Shown one piece after another: positions 8,205 to 17,315 of a stretch of DNA of 64,000 nt. How positions within the stretch are numbered: the first letter of the stretch is position 1; the number at the start of each line of letters is the position of its first letter. Below the pieces are notes generated by a model. It had not been told where the DNA came from. It worked only from the letters and a program-made list of their open reading frames with translations, and ran no database searches. The stretch comes from Gemmatimonadales bacterium. GTDB lineage: Bacteria; Gemmatimonadota; Gemmatimonadetes; Gemmatimonadales; GWC2-71-9. Position numbers and translations under genes: made by a program. The DNA lies in the NCBI GenBank assembly GCA_041613315.1, contig JBFJHJ010000006.1, positions 1 to 64,000 of the forward strand. The letters are read 5' to 3'.

Positions 8205-9692
8205 ATGGATCTGACCCAGGCGGAACAGACGCTGGCCGCGGCGGCCAAGGTGTTCCGGCTGTCCCGCCTGTATCCGGCGACCCATCCGGCGGTGGCACGC
8301 GCCGAAGATGAGCTGGCGGCCGCCCTGCCCGCGCTCGCGGCGCGGGGCGTCGCCGACTGGAAGGTGCGTGCGCAGGGCGTGTTTTATCGGGAGCGCCAGC
8401 TCCAGGGGCGCAATCACGCCCTCCTCGAGTTGGTGCAGCTCTTGTTCTCGCGCGGGGTGCGCGGCGTGCGCATCGCGCCCGGGACGACGGTCGAGCACGT
8501 GCGGGCGCTGATTCGGGTCGCCACGGGGGCCGCCGAGCCAACAGACGCGGCCTTGGGGCCGATCGAGCTGTCGGTGGGCCGCCGGGCGAGCGCGGCAGCC
8601 GGTCCGGCGGGTCTGCGGCTGACGTCCGTGCCGAGGGCGCGGTCACGCCAGGAGGCCCTCCGGCCGTCCCGCTCGACCGACGTTGCCTTCGAGCCGGACG
8701 TGCTCCCGGCGGACGTGGATGCCCGGCGGTGGCTCGAGGTCTTTCAGCGGGACGGCGAACCGACCGCACGGGCGGCGGCGCTGGCGCGCCTCGAGGAGCT
8801 GGGCACCGCGCTCGCCGACCTGCGAGACCCGCGGCTCGTGGCTGAAGTGATCGGCGCCCTGCATGCCGCCTCGATGGGCGGCGACGACGCCGTGCCGCGG
8901 GAGCGCGTGCAGGCGCTCGCTGACCGACTGGTGGACCACGCGCTGCTGGCGCAGCTGGTGCGTCGGGTGGGCGAGCCGGGTGTGCCCCCCGACGAGCGCC
9001 GGGTCATGGTGCGGTCGGTCGGTGCGGTGGCGGCGCGGGCCGTCCCGCTGATCATTGACGTGTACGTGAAGGCGTCGCCGGAAGCGCGGGCCGCGTATCG
9101 GGCGGCGGCTCGGGCGGCGGGCGAGGAGGCCGTCGCGCCGCTGTTGGCGCGGCTGGGGACGGGTGGGGCCGACGCGGTGGCGGCGGCCCTCGATCTCCTG
9201 GGTGCGACCGGTAGCCCCACGGCGGACGAGCGGATGATCTCGTGCCTCGAGCACGCATCGCCGATCGTTCGCGAGCACGCCCTCGGCGCACTTGCGGAGA
9301 TCGGGGCAACGACCCTGGGCCGGTGTGTGGCGTCGCGACTCAAGGATCCCGTGGCGGCGGTGCGCCGTGCGGCGGTCCGGGCGCTGGTCGCGGCGCACGA
9401 GGCCGGGGGGACTGCGTTGACGCTGGCGCGCTTGAAAGACGAAGAGGACGAGGGCGTCGTGGTCGAGCTTCTCGGCGCACTAGGGCGACTTGGCGGGGCC
9501 GACGTGGTCGAATCGCTGGCCGAGTACACGGAGAGCGGTGTGCTGCGGGCCCCGTTCCCCAGCGCGGTGCGCGTGGCGGCCGCGAAGGCGCTGGCAACAC
9601 TGGGCATCCCCGAAGCACGGGAGAAGCTGATGACGCTTACAACGGACCGGGATCCCGAGGTCAGGGACGTGGCGCGGGGGGCGACGGCATGA
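8205..9692 (+). CDS. HEAT-repeat protein
   Basis: Repeated units such as SPIVREHALGALAEIG, DPVAAVRRAAVRALV, DPEVRDVA; GAGGAG SD. Confidence 0.85.
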   Translation: MDLTQAEQTLAAAAKVFRLSRLYPATHPAVARAEDELAAALPALAARGVADWKVRAQGVFYRERQLQGRNHALLELVQLLFSRGVRGVRIAPGTTVEHVRALIRVATGAAEPTDAALGPIELSVGRRASAAAGPAGLRLTSVPRARSRQEALRPSRSTDVAFEPDVLPADVDARRWLEVFQRDGEPTARAAALARLEELGTALADLRDPRLVAEVIGALHAASMGGDDAVPRERVQALADRLVDHALLAQLVRRVGEPGVPPDERRVMVRSVGAVAARAVPLIIDVYVKASPEARAAYRAAARAAGEEAVAPLLARLGTGGADAVAAALDLLGATGSPTADERMISCLEHASPIVREHALGALAEIGATTLGRCVASRLKDPVAAVRRAAVRALVAAHEAGGTALTLARLKDEEDEGVVVELLGALGRLGGADVVESLAEYTESGVLRAPFPSAVRVAAAKALATLGIPEAREKLMTLTTDRDPEVRDVARGATA

Positions 9693-10663
9693 CGACCCAG
9701 CCCATGAAAGCGGTGGATGCGTCGCTCACGACGGCTATCGTGGATGAGGTGGGGAAACGAGTGGTGGGGCAGGATGTGATGGTGGAGCGCCTGCTGATCG
9801 GACTGCTGACCGGCGGGCACATCCTGCTCGAGGGCGTGCCGGGGCTCGCCAAGACCCTGGCGGTGCGGTCGCTGGCCGAGACGATCCACACGACCTTTCA
9901 GCGGATCCAGTTCACGCCAGATCTTCTCCCCGCGGATATCGTGGGGACGATGGTGCTCGATCCGAAGACCGGCGACTTCCGGCCGAAGTTCGGTCCGCTG
10001 TTCGCCAACATCGTGCTCGCTGACGAGGTGAACCGGGCGCCCGCCAAGGTGCAGGCCGCCCTGCTCGAGGCCATGCAGGAGAAGCAGGTCACGATCGGGG
10101 GCGAGACCCACACGCTCACCGAGCCGTTTCTCGTCTTGGCGACCCAGAATCCGATCGAGCACGACGGGACCTATCCGTTGCCCGAGGCGCAGCTCGATCG
10201 GTTCATGCTCAAGGTTCGCGTGGGGTATCCGTCGCGCGATGAAGAGAAGGAGATCCTCTGGCGGATGGCCGGCGGGCATGAGATCCCCATGGCGCGCGTG
10301 GCGGAGCCGAAACAGATCCTGGCGCTGCGCCGCACGATCGCCGAGCTGTACATGGATCAGAAGATCGTGGATTACATCGTGGACGTCGTCCGCGCCACGC
10401 GGCAGCCGCAGACGGTGGGGCTGCACGAGATCCGCGCGCTGATCGCCTATGGAGCGAGCCCGCGCGCCTCGATCTATCTCGCGCAGGCATCCCGCGCGCA
10501 CGCGTTCTTGCGGGGCCGGGCCTACGTGGTGCCCGAAGACGTGAAGGCGATGGCGCCGGACGTGCTGCGACATCGCGTCTTGCTCACGTTCGAAGCGGAG
10601 GCGGAGGAAGTCCGCTCCGACGACGTGATCGCGAAGGTGCTGGAGGCGGTGGACGTGCCATGA
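9689..10663 (+). CDS. moxR: MoxR family AAA+ ATPase
   Basis: LLEGVPGLAKT, RIQFTPDLLPAD, LADEVNRAPAKVQAALLEAMQE, TYPLPEAQLDRF. Confidence 0.95.
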   Translation: MTTQPMKAVDASLTTAIVDEVGKRVVGQDVMVERLLIGLLTGGHILLEGVPGLAKTLAVRSLAETIHTTFQRIQFTPDLLPADIVGTMVLDPKTGDFRPKFGPLFANIVLADEVNRAPAKVQAALLEAMQEKQVTIGGETHTLTEPFLVLATQNPIEHDGTYPLPEAQLDRFMLKVRVGYPSRDEEKEILWRMAGGHEIPMARVAEPKQILALRRTIAELYMDQKIVDYIVDVVRATRQPQTVGLHEIRALIAYGASPRASIYLAQASRAHAFLRGRAYVVPEDVKAMAPDVLRHRVLLTFEAEAEEVRSDDVIAKVLEAVDVP

Positions 10664-11556
10664 CGTCGGCCGCTCGCGTCGTCGGGCCCGAGGTCCTCCG
10701 GCAGGTTCGGGCGATTGAACTGCGCACGCGGCGCCTGGTGACGGCGCTGTTCTCCGGCGAGTACCGATCGGTGTTCCGCGGCCAGGGCATGGAGTTCGCC
10801 GAGGTGCGGGCGTACCAGCACGGCGACGACTACCGCACGATCGACTGGAACGTCTCGGCCCGCATGGGGTCGCCCTACGTGAAGACCTTCGAGGAGGAAC
10901 GCGAGTTGACCCTGCTGCTCGTCGTGGACCGCTCGGGCTCGGAGGAGTTCGGCTCGCCGGTGGGGAAGGCCGAGCGGGGCGTGGAGGTGGCGGCGGTGCT
11001 GGCGCTGGCGGCGGCACGGCAGAATGATCGTGTGGGCGCCCTCATCTTCTCCGATGGCGTGGACCATGTCGTCCCGGCTCGCAAGGGGCGTCGGCACGCC
11101 CTTCGCGTCATCCGCGACCTGCTCGCCTTCGAGCCGCAACGTTCGGGTACCAACATCGGGGCGGCGCTCGCCTATGCGGCCCGCCTCTTGCGGCATCGCT
11201 CCATCGTCGTGGTACTGTCGGACTTCCGGGCGCCAGGCTGGCAGGAGCAGCTTCGGCGCATCGCCCTGCGGCACGAGGTGGTGGCGGTGACGGTCGACGA
11301 TCCGCGCGAGTTCACCCTGCCGGAGACCGGCTGGATCGAGCTGGAGGACGCTGAATCCGGAGACCGCATGCTGGTGGATGCGTACCACGAAAGCACCCGT
11401 CTCGCGCTGGCCATGGCCGCTGAAGAGTTCCGCCAGGCGCGCGCGCGGATGCTCAAGCAGACCCGGGTCGATCACGTGGCCCTCCGCACCGACCGCTCCT
11501 ACACCGAACCACTGCACCGGGCGTTCGCCGAACGCGCGCGCCGGCTCCGGCGGTGA
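10660..11556 (+). CDS. DUF58 domain protein (MoxR partner)
   Basis: GMEFAEVRAYQHGDDYRTIDWNVSAR, YVKTFEEERE, VDRSGS. Confidence 0.93.
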   Translation: MTSAARVVGPEVLRQVRAIELRTRRLVTALFSGEYRSVFRGQGMEFAEVRAYQHGDDYRTIDWNVSARMGSPYVKTFEEERELTLLLVVDRSGSEEFGSPVGKAERGVEVAAVLALAAARQNDRVGALIFSDGVDHVVPARKGRRHALRVIRDLLAFEPQRSGTNIGAALAYAARLLRHRSIVVVLSDFRAPGWQEQLRRIALRHEVVAVTVDDPREFTLPETGWIELEDAESGDRMLVDAYHESTRLALAMAAEEFRQARARMLKQTRVDHVALRTDRSYTEPLHRAFAERARRLRR

Positions 11557-12389
11557 TCGCTCTCGTCGCGGCGCTCGTGCAGGCCGCCACGTGGAGCGTC
11601 GTCCCGGAGGCGCCCACCGTGGGCGACACGGTGCGGCTGGTCCGGCGCCTGAGTGTGCCGCCGGGCGTGCAACCGCGGGTCAGGCCGCTGCCGGGCAGCG
11701 AGGCCGTCGTCGCCCTCGCGGGTCCGCAGGCGACCTACGCGGACGGCGTACTCACCGTGGTGTACACCCTCGCCGCCTTCGAGCCCGGGCCGCACGAGAT
11801 CGCCCTGCCCGACGCAGAGTTGCTGTTCCCGGATGGGCGGGTGGAGACCGTGCGGGGCGGGACGATCGTCGTGCGCATCCGGTCCGTGCTCCCGCGGGAC
11901 GCCGGGCCGCCGGAGCCGAAGCCGTCGCTGGGCCCCCTGCCGCGTGCCCCCACCCGGGCGGCTCCCCTGATCGTGCTCGTGGGTGCGGCGCTCGGCATGA
12001 CGGTCCTGTGGGGCGTAGCGCGCCGGCGTACGGGACCGCGGCCCGCGCCGCTCGAGGACCCGGTGACGTCGTCGACCGTCCCGATTGACCGATGGGTCGC
12101 GGCGGGTGAGCCGCGAGCGGTGGCGGCGGCGACAGCCGATCGGGCGCGGGCGTGGATCGCCGCCCATGTGCCGGATGCCGGCCGGCAGCTCGATACCGAC
12201 ACCTGCCTCGCGGTGCTGCGGAGCCGGCGACCGGAGTGGCCCCTCCATGAGTTGGCGGATCTCCTCCGCTCGCTGGAGCGGGCACGCTTCGCACCCGCCG
12301 TTCCCACGGACGTCATGATCGTCGTCGATCAGGCAGAGCTGTTGTTGCAGCGCCTCGGTGATCCCCACGGCGCCGGCGAGGTCGCATGA
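11553..12389 (+). CDS. Bat-cluster membrane-anchored accessory protein
   Basis: Signal-like N-terminus, beta-rich domain (PTVGDTV), single TM, helical tail ending LERARFAP; lies between DUF58 and BatA. Confidence 0.7.
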   Translation: MIALVAALVQAATWSVVPEAPTVGDTVRLVRRLSVPPGVQPRVRPLPGSEAVVALAGPQATYADGVLTVVYTLAAFEPGPHEIALPDAELLFPDGRVETVRGGTIVVRIRSVLPRDAGPPEPKPSLGPLPRAPTRAAPLIVLVGAALGMTVLWGVARRRTGPRPAPLEDPVTSSTVPIDRWVAAGEPRAVAAATADRARAWIAAHVPDAGRQLDTDTCLAVLRSRRPEWPLHELADLLRSLERARFAPAVPTDVMIVVDQAELLLQRLGDPHGAGEVA

Positions 12390-13369
12390 TCTCGTTTGCC
12401 CGGCCGCTGCTGTTGCTCTTGCTGCTGGTCCTCCCCTTCTGGTGGTGGCGGCGGCGGCGGCGACGCATGCCGACGGCGCGCTATAGCGATGTCCGTCCGC
12501 TGGCGGGCGTCCCTGCCACCAGGCGCTGGCTGGCCGAAACGCCAGCCGGTCTTCGAACCGTCGCGCTCGGCGCGTGGATCGTAGCGGCGGCGGGGCCGCT
12601 CGTGCCGTCGGGGGCGAGCGAGACCGCGAGCGAGGGGATCGCCATTGTGTTGGCCGTCGACGTTTCGAGCAGCATGCTGGCCCAGGACTTCGCCCCGTCC
12701 AACCGTCTCGATGTCGCCAAGGAGCAGTCCGTCGCGTTCCTGCGGGGCCGGCGGTTCGATCGCATCGGTCTCGTGAGCTTCGCGGGTGAGGCGCTCACCA
12801 AGGTGCCGATCACCGTCGACTATCCGGTGCTGGAGCAGTCGGTGCGCGACTTGCGCGTCGGCGAAGTGGAGGACGGCACGGCGATCGGGACGGCGATCGC
12901 CACGGCCGCCAACCGTCTTCGCCGGGCGCCGGGGACGAGCAAGGTGATCGTGCTGCTCACCGATGGCGAGAACACCCGCGGGATGCTCGATCCCCGCACC
13001 GCGGCGGAGGCGGCGGTGGCGGTGGGGGTGAAGATCTACACCATCGGTGTGGGGACCGAAGGCGAGGCCCCGATGCCGATTGGGCGCGGTCCCGAGGGCC
13101 AGATCCGTTATCAGACGCTCCCGGTCCGGCTGGACGAGGTGCTGCTCGAAGACGTCGCGCGGATCACCGGCGGCCGCTACTTCCGTGCGACCGACCCGCA
13201 GGCGTTGAGCCGGATTTTTTCGCAGATCGATCAGCTGGAGCGGACCCGCGTGGTGATCACGCGGTACTCGCAGTTCGACGACGCCTACCGTGCTCCCCTC
13301 CTTGCCGGGATCGTGGCGCTGGCCGTGGAGCTGCTGCTGGCGGCCACGATCGTGGTGCGGGTGCCCTGA
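12386..13369 (+). CDS. batA: BatA-like vWA domain membrane protein
   Basis: N-terminal F.RP.LLLLL TM; MIDAS DVSSSM; DGTAIG; LLTDGEN; KIYTIGVG. Confidence 0.88.
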   Translation: MISFARPLLLLLLLVLPFWWWRRRRRRMPTARYSDVRPLAGVPATRRWLAETPAGLRTVALGAWIVAAAGPLVPSGASETASEGIAIVLAVDVSSSMLAQDFAPSNRLDVAKEQSVAFLRGRRFDRIGLVSFAGEALTKVPITVDYPVLEQSVRDLRVGEVEDGTAIGTAIATAANRLRRAPGTSKVIVLLTDGENTRGMLDPRTAAEAAVAVGVKIYTIGVGTEGEAPMPIGRGPEGQIRYQTLPVRLDEVLLEDVARITGGRYFRATDPQALSRIFSQIDQLERTRVVITRYSQFDDAYRAPLLAGIVALAVELLLAATIVVRVP

Positions 13370-14985
13370 TGGCGTTCGACGCCCCCTTCCTGCTATGGGT
13401 GGCTCCCGGGGTCGGTGTCGTGCTCGCGGGCCTCGCCCTCTGGGCCCGGGCCGCGCGCGTCGCCCGGGCGGCCAAGTGGTCGGCGGAGTTGGGGGCCCAG
13501 GCTGCCGCGCTCGGGCGGCTCACTCCTTTGGTCGTCGGCGTCGCGGCACTCCTCGCGACGATCGCCGTCGCCAATCCGCGGTGGGGCAGCCGCACGGTTG
13601 TGACCGAGACGAAGGGCTTGAACCTCGTGATCGCCGTGGACATTTCGCGCTCGATGCTCGCCGAAGACGTGCGCCCCTCGCGCCTCGAGCGAGCGCGCCG
13701 ACTGGCGGCGCGGCTGGTGCACGATCTGCCGGGCGACCGGATCGGCCTGATCGCGTTCGCCGGCCAGAGCTTCATCCTCTCGCCGCTCACGGTGGACGCG
13801 TCGGCCCTCCAGCTCTTGATCGATGCCCTGGATCCGAATCTCACCAGCGCCGGCGGTTCCGAGCTCTCCGGCGCGCTGCGGATCGGTCGCGAGCTCCTCT
13901 TCGTCGGTGACAAGATCGCGGACCGCGTGCTGGTGGTGGTCACCGACGGAGAGGCGCACGACTCCGTGGCGAGCATCGTCACCGAGGCGCAGCGGCTCCG
14001 GCGCGAGGGCGTGCGGCTGCTGCTCGTGGCCGAGGGGAGCCGCGAGCCGGCCCGCATCCCGGTGCGCGATACGTCGGGCGCGCTGGTCGGCTATCAGCGC
14101 GATCCTGGCGGCGAGATCGTGGAGACCCGGCGGCGCGATGATGTGTTGGCAGCGACGGCCGACGCCGCGCAAGGGCTGGTGGTGGCGGCCGAATTGGAGG
14201 ATCAGGCCGGCGCCGTCCGCGAGATGGTCGCCGCCTTCAAGCGTATGCCGCAAGCGACGAGCACCGCCGAGCAAGACATCTCGCGCGCCTGGGTGCCGCT
14301 CCTCGTGGCGGTGGCGCTGTTATTGGGGCAGACGGTGACGCGGCGCTCCATGGCGCTCGCGGGCGCGGCCCTCGCGTTGGTCGGTGGCGGACCGCTGCAG
14401 GCGCAGGCGCCCCGGCGGCTGGCGGAGGAGGCGTGGGGCCGCGGCGAGTTCCGCGTGGCCGCGGAGCGCTATCTCGCCGAGCTCCGCTCCGGGGCGGGCG
14501 GCGACACGTCGTGGTTCAATTTCGGGACCGCGGCGCTCGCCATCGGCGATACCGGCGCGGCCCGGCAGGCGCTCGAACGCGCCGCCGCGTCGCTCGATCC
14601 CGACCTACGGTTCCGGGCGCTGTACAACCTCGGCCTGCTGCACCTCCGCCGTGGGCGCGCGGATTCGGCGAACGCCGCCGGCCATTTCGACGCGGCCCGC
14701 GGGCGTTTCCGCGAAGCGTTGCTGCTATTCCCCAATGACATGGCAGCCAAGTGGAACCTCGAACTGGCGATCCGACACTCGCCACCGGCATCCGGCGGCG
14801 GTGCGCCGCAGGGCGGGGGCGCGGGCGGCGGGGGCGGCGCGCCTCCGCCCCCCAGCGGCGGGCTGTCGCTCGCGCAGGCCGAGCAGCTCCTCAACTCGAT
14901 GAGTGAGGAGGAGCGCCGTACGCGCCTGGAGCAAGTGCGCCGCCGCCACGAGACACGCGACTCGCGCGGGAGACGGGACTGGTGA
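13369..14985 (+). CDS. BatB-like vWA protein fused to a BatC-like TPR region
   Basis: DISRSM MIDAS, TDGE, then TPRs (ALYNLG, AAKWNLELA), Gly/Pro linker, QAEQLL...RRDW end. Confidence 0.85.
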   Translation: MAFDAPFLLWVAPGVGVVLAGLALWARAARVARAAKWSAELGAQAAALGRLTPLVVGVAALLATIAVANPRWGSRTVVTETKGLNLVIAVDISRSMLAEDVRPSRLERARRLAARLVHDLPGDRIGLIAFAGQSFILSPLTVDASALQLLIDALDPNLTSAGGSELSGALRIGRELLFVGDKIADRVLVVVTDGEAHDSVASIVTEAQRLRREGVRLLLVAEGSREPARIPVRDTSGALVGYQRDPGGEIVETRRRDDVLAATADAAQGLVVAAELEDQAGAVREMVAAFKRMPQATSTAEQDISRAWVPLLVAVALLLGQTVTRRSMALAGAALALVGGGPLQAQAPRRLAEEAWGRGEFRVAAERYLAELRSGAGGDTSWFNFGTAALAIGDTGAARQALERAAASLDPDLRFRALYNLGLLHLRRGRADSANAAGHFDAARGRFREALLLFPNDMAAKWNLELAIRHSPPASGGGAPQGGGAGGGGGAPPPPSGGLSLAQAEQLLNSMSEEERRTRLEQVRRRHETRDSRGRRDW

Positions 14986-17315
14986 TCCTCTTCCTCATCC
15001 TGCTGGGCGTGCAGCAGCCGGAGATTAGCGCCGCCGTGAACCGCGACGAGGTGGTGGTGGGCGAGGCGCTCGTGCTCACGATCCTCGCGCACACCGGTGG
15101 GCAGGAGCCGGTGGAGATCGTGAACCCGCCGCTCATCGGTCTGCAGCTCGTCGGCTCGCGGGAGCAGTCGCGCGTCACGATGCGACAGGGCGCTCCGGCG
15201 CGGGAGACCACGCGCGAGCTGACGTTGCGCGCCGTCGCGCCCGGCGCGGCCACGATCGGCGCCGTGCGCCTTCGCCAGGGCGCGGTGGCGGTCCAGACGC
15301 GCCCGATCACCGTGACGGTGACCGCCCCCGACGCCGGGGCCGGGTCGCTCGCGCCCCACGTACGCGCCCTGCTGGAGGGCGGCGCCGCGCCGACTTTGAG
15401 TGCGGACGCGGTGGGCCTCACGGTGCTCCCCTCTCCCGGCGTTGTCGTCCTGGGCGAGCAAGTGGACGTGGTCGTCGTGGCGTGGTTCCCGCGAGACATC
15501 CGGGCGCTCTTGCGGAACCCGCCGACGCTGACCCCGCCGCCGGTGCGGGGGGCGTGGTCCTACCGGCAAACCACGCCCAGCCGGCCCGCGATGAGCCGCC
15601 GTGTCCGCGGCGTGTGGTACGACCTGTACGTGTTGCACGACGTGGTGTTCCCCGTGACGACGGGGTCGCTCGAGATCGGGTCCGCGACGGTGTCGTATAG
15701 CGTCCCGATGACCCGTCCGTATGCCAGCCGAGAGGTACGGCACGAGGTTCAGAGCCGGCCGATCGCCGTCTCGGTACGCGCGCAGCCCGCGGCGGGCCGC
15801 CCGTCCGGGTTTGCCGGCACGGCGGGGACGCGGCTCAGGCTGGCGGTCACCGCCTCGGCGCGCGAACTCCCCATCGGCGGCGCGGCGACGGTGCTGGCGG
15901 AGATCAGCGGGATCGGGCACGTTTCGCTCTGGCCCGAACCGAGCATCGAGTGGCCAGCGGGCCTTCGCGTCTATCCCGAGACGGTCGACGAGCAGGTGGA
16001 CACGGACGATGGCTTTGTGGCGGGGCTCAAGACGTTCCGCTACCTCGTCGTGGCCGAGTCCCTCGGCACCCACCGCGTGCCCGCCCCGGTGTATCGCTAC
16101 TTTGACGTCCGCACGGCCCGCTACGTGACCCTTCGGGCCGGTGGCCTCGAGTTCGTTACCCCGGGAACGGCGGCGCGCACGACCGCCGCCGCGGCGTCGC
16201 TGCCGCCGCTCATGGACGCGCCGGCGCGGGTCGCCGCCGCGACGCTCGCGACCCGTGTGCCGCCGTGGGGGTGGGCACTCGCGGTGTTGCTGCCCGTCGG
16301 GCTCGCGGCCATCGTGCGCCTGCTCGCACGGCGCCGCCGAGGCGCCGTCGGCCGCCGCGCGACCACACGGTCGGCGCCGACACCGCTCGAACGGTTGGAG
16401 GGGGATGTGCGGCGGTTGCTCGAAGCACTGGTTCCCGATGCGGCGCTTCGCGATACCGGCGCCCTGGCGGACGCGCTGCGCGCGGCAGGCGTGGACGATC
16501 CCGTGGCGGCGCACGCGGCGCGCGTGCGGGAGCGGCTGCGGCAGGCGACTTACGGCCCCGACGGCGCACCGGATCCCGACGAGTTGGCGGCCGAAGCCAC
16601 GGCGGTGCAGGACGCGCTGGCCGGGCACCTGCGGCCCCCATCCCGCTGGGTCTCCGTGGGCGTGGTGCTCTGCGTGCTCACCGCGGCGGCGACGCCGGGG
16701 TCCGCACAGTCACCCGATCGTCTGTACCATGCGGGGGCGGTGGGCGCCGCCGCCGATAGCTTCGCCGCGCGCGCCGCGCAGGAGCCGTCGGTCGCCGCGC
16801 ACTGGTACAACCTGGGCCATGCGCGCTTTCGCCTCGGCGATCCGGCCGGCACCCGCCGCGCGTGGCTTCGGGCCGCGCGTCTTGCGCCGCGCGAGCGGGC
16901 GATTCAGCGCGCGCTGGCCCTCGCGCCAGCCCCCGACCGGGCGACGGTGCGACTCACATGGGTCTCCCCGATGACGCCCGTCGAGGCGCTCGCGGCGGCG
17001 CTCTTCCTATGGCTCATCGGCTGGCTCGTCGTGACCGTTCGCGGAGCCGGACGCCTGGCCATCGCGTGCATCGGGTTCGCCGTTGCGGCGGCGGCCTACG
17101 CGGGTGCCGTGGCGTATCGCTACCGCCTCCCCGTCGGGCTCGCCGCGCACGCGGAGGTACCGCTGCGGGTGGCCCCCTATGGACCCGCGCCCGCCGACCG
17201 GGTGCTGCCCGAAGGCGCGGCCGTGCTCGTCACCCACCGGCGGGGTCCATGGGTTCTCGTGCGGCATGGAAACGCGCGGGGGTGGTTGCTCGACGCTGAA
17301 CTCGTGCGTCTCTGA
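14982..17315 (+). CDS. BatD-like protein fused to a BatE-like TPR/SH3-type region
   Basis: Ig-like BatD repeats (ISAAVNRDEVVVGE), TM, TPR (HWYNLGHARFRLG), terminal SH3b-like (GPWVLVRHGNARGWL). Confidence 0.8.
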   Translation: MILFLILLGVQQPEISAAVNRDEVVVGEALVLTILAHTGGQEPVEIVNPPLIGLQLVGSREQSRVTMRQGAPARETTRELTLRAVAPGAATIGAVRLRQGAVAVQTRPITVTVTAPDAGAGSLAPHVRALLEGGAAPTLSADAVGLTVLPSPGVVVLGEQVDVVVVAWFPRDIRALLRNPPTLTPPPVRGAWSYRQTTPSRPAMSRRVRGVWYDLYVLHDVVFPVTTGSLEIGSATVSYSVPMTRPYASREVRHEVQSRPIAVSVRAQPAAGRPSGFAGTAGTRLRLAVTASARELPIGGAATVLAEISGIGHVSLWPEPSIEWPAGLRVYPETVDEQVDTDDGFVAGLKTFRYLVVAESLGTHRVPAPVYRYFDVRTARYVTLRAGGLEFVTPGTAARTTAAAASLPPLMDAPARVAAATLATRVPPWGWALAVLLPVGLAAIVRLLARRRRGAVGRRATTRSAPTPLERLEGDVRRLLEALVPDAALRDTGALADALRAAGVDDPVAAHAARVRERLRQATYGPDGAPDPDELAAEATAVQDALAGHLRPPSRWVSVGVVLCVLTAAATPGSAQSPDRLYHAGAVGAAADSFAARAAQEPSVAAHWYNLGHARFRLGDPAGTRRAWLRAARLAPRERAIQRALALAPAPDRATVRLTWVSPMTPVEALAAALFLWLIGWLVVTVRGAGRLAIACIGFAVAAAAYAGAVAYRYRLPVGLAAHAEVPLRVAPYGPAPADRVLPEGAAVLVTHRRGPWVLVRHGNARGWLLDAELVRL

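Noticed and set aside
8744..11017. Long antisense and alternate-frame ORFs (e.g. 8744-11017, 14469-16628, 46382-48169, 49853-51883, 58084-59880)
   Set aside because: They shadow well-supported genes, are Arg/Pro/Ala-rich without motifs, and are expected from stop-codon scarcity in GC-rich DNA.
14790..14860. GGC-rich low-complexity tract
   Set aside because: It encodes the Gly/Pro linker of the BatB-C fusion; not a separate repeat element.
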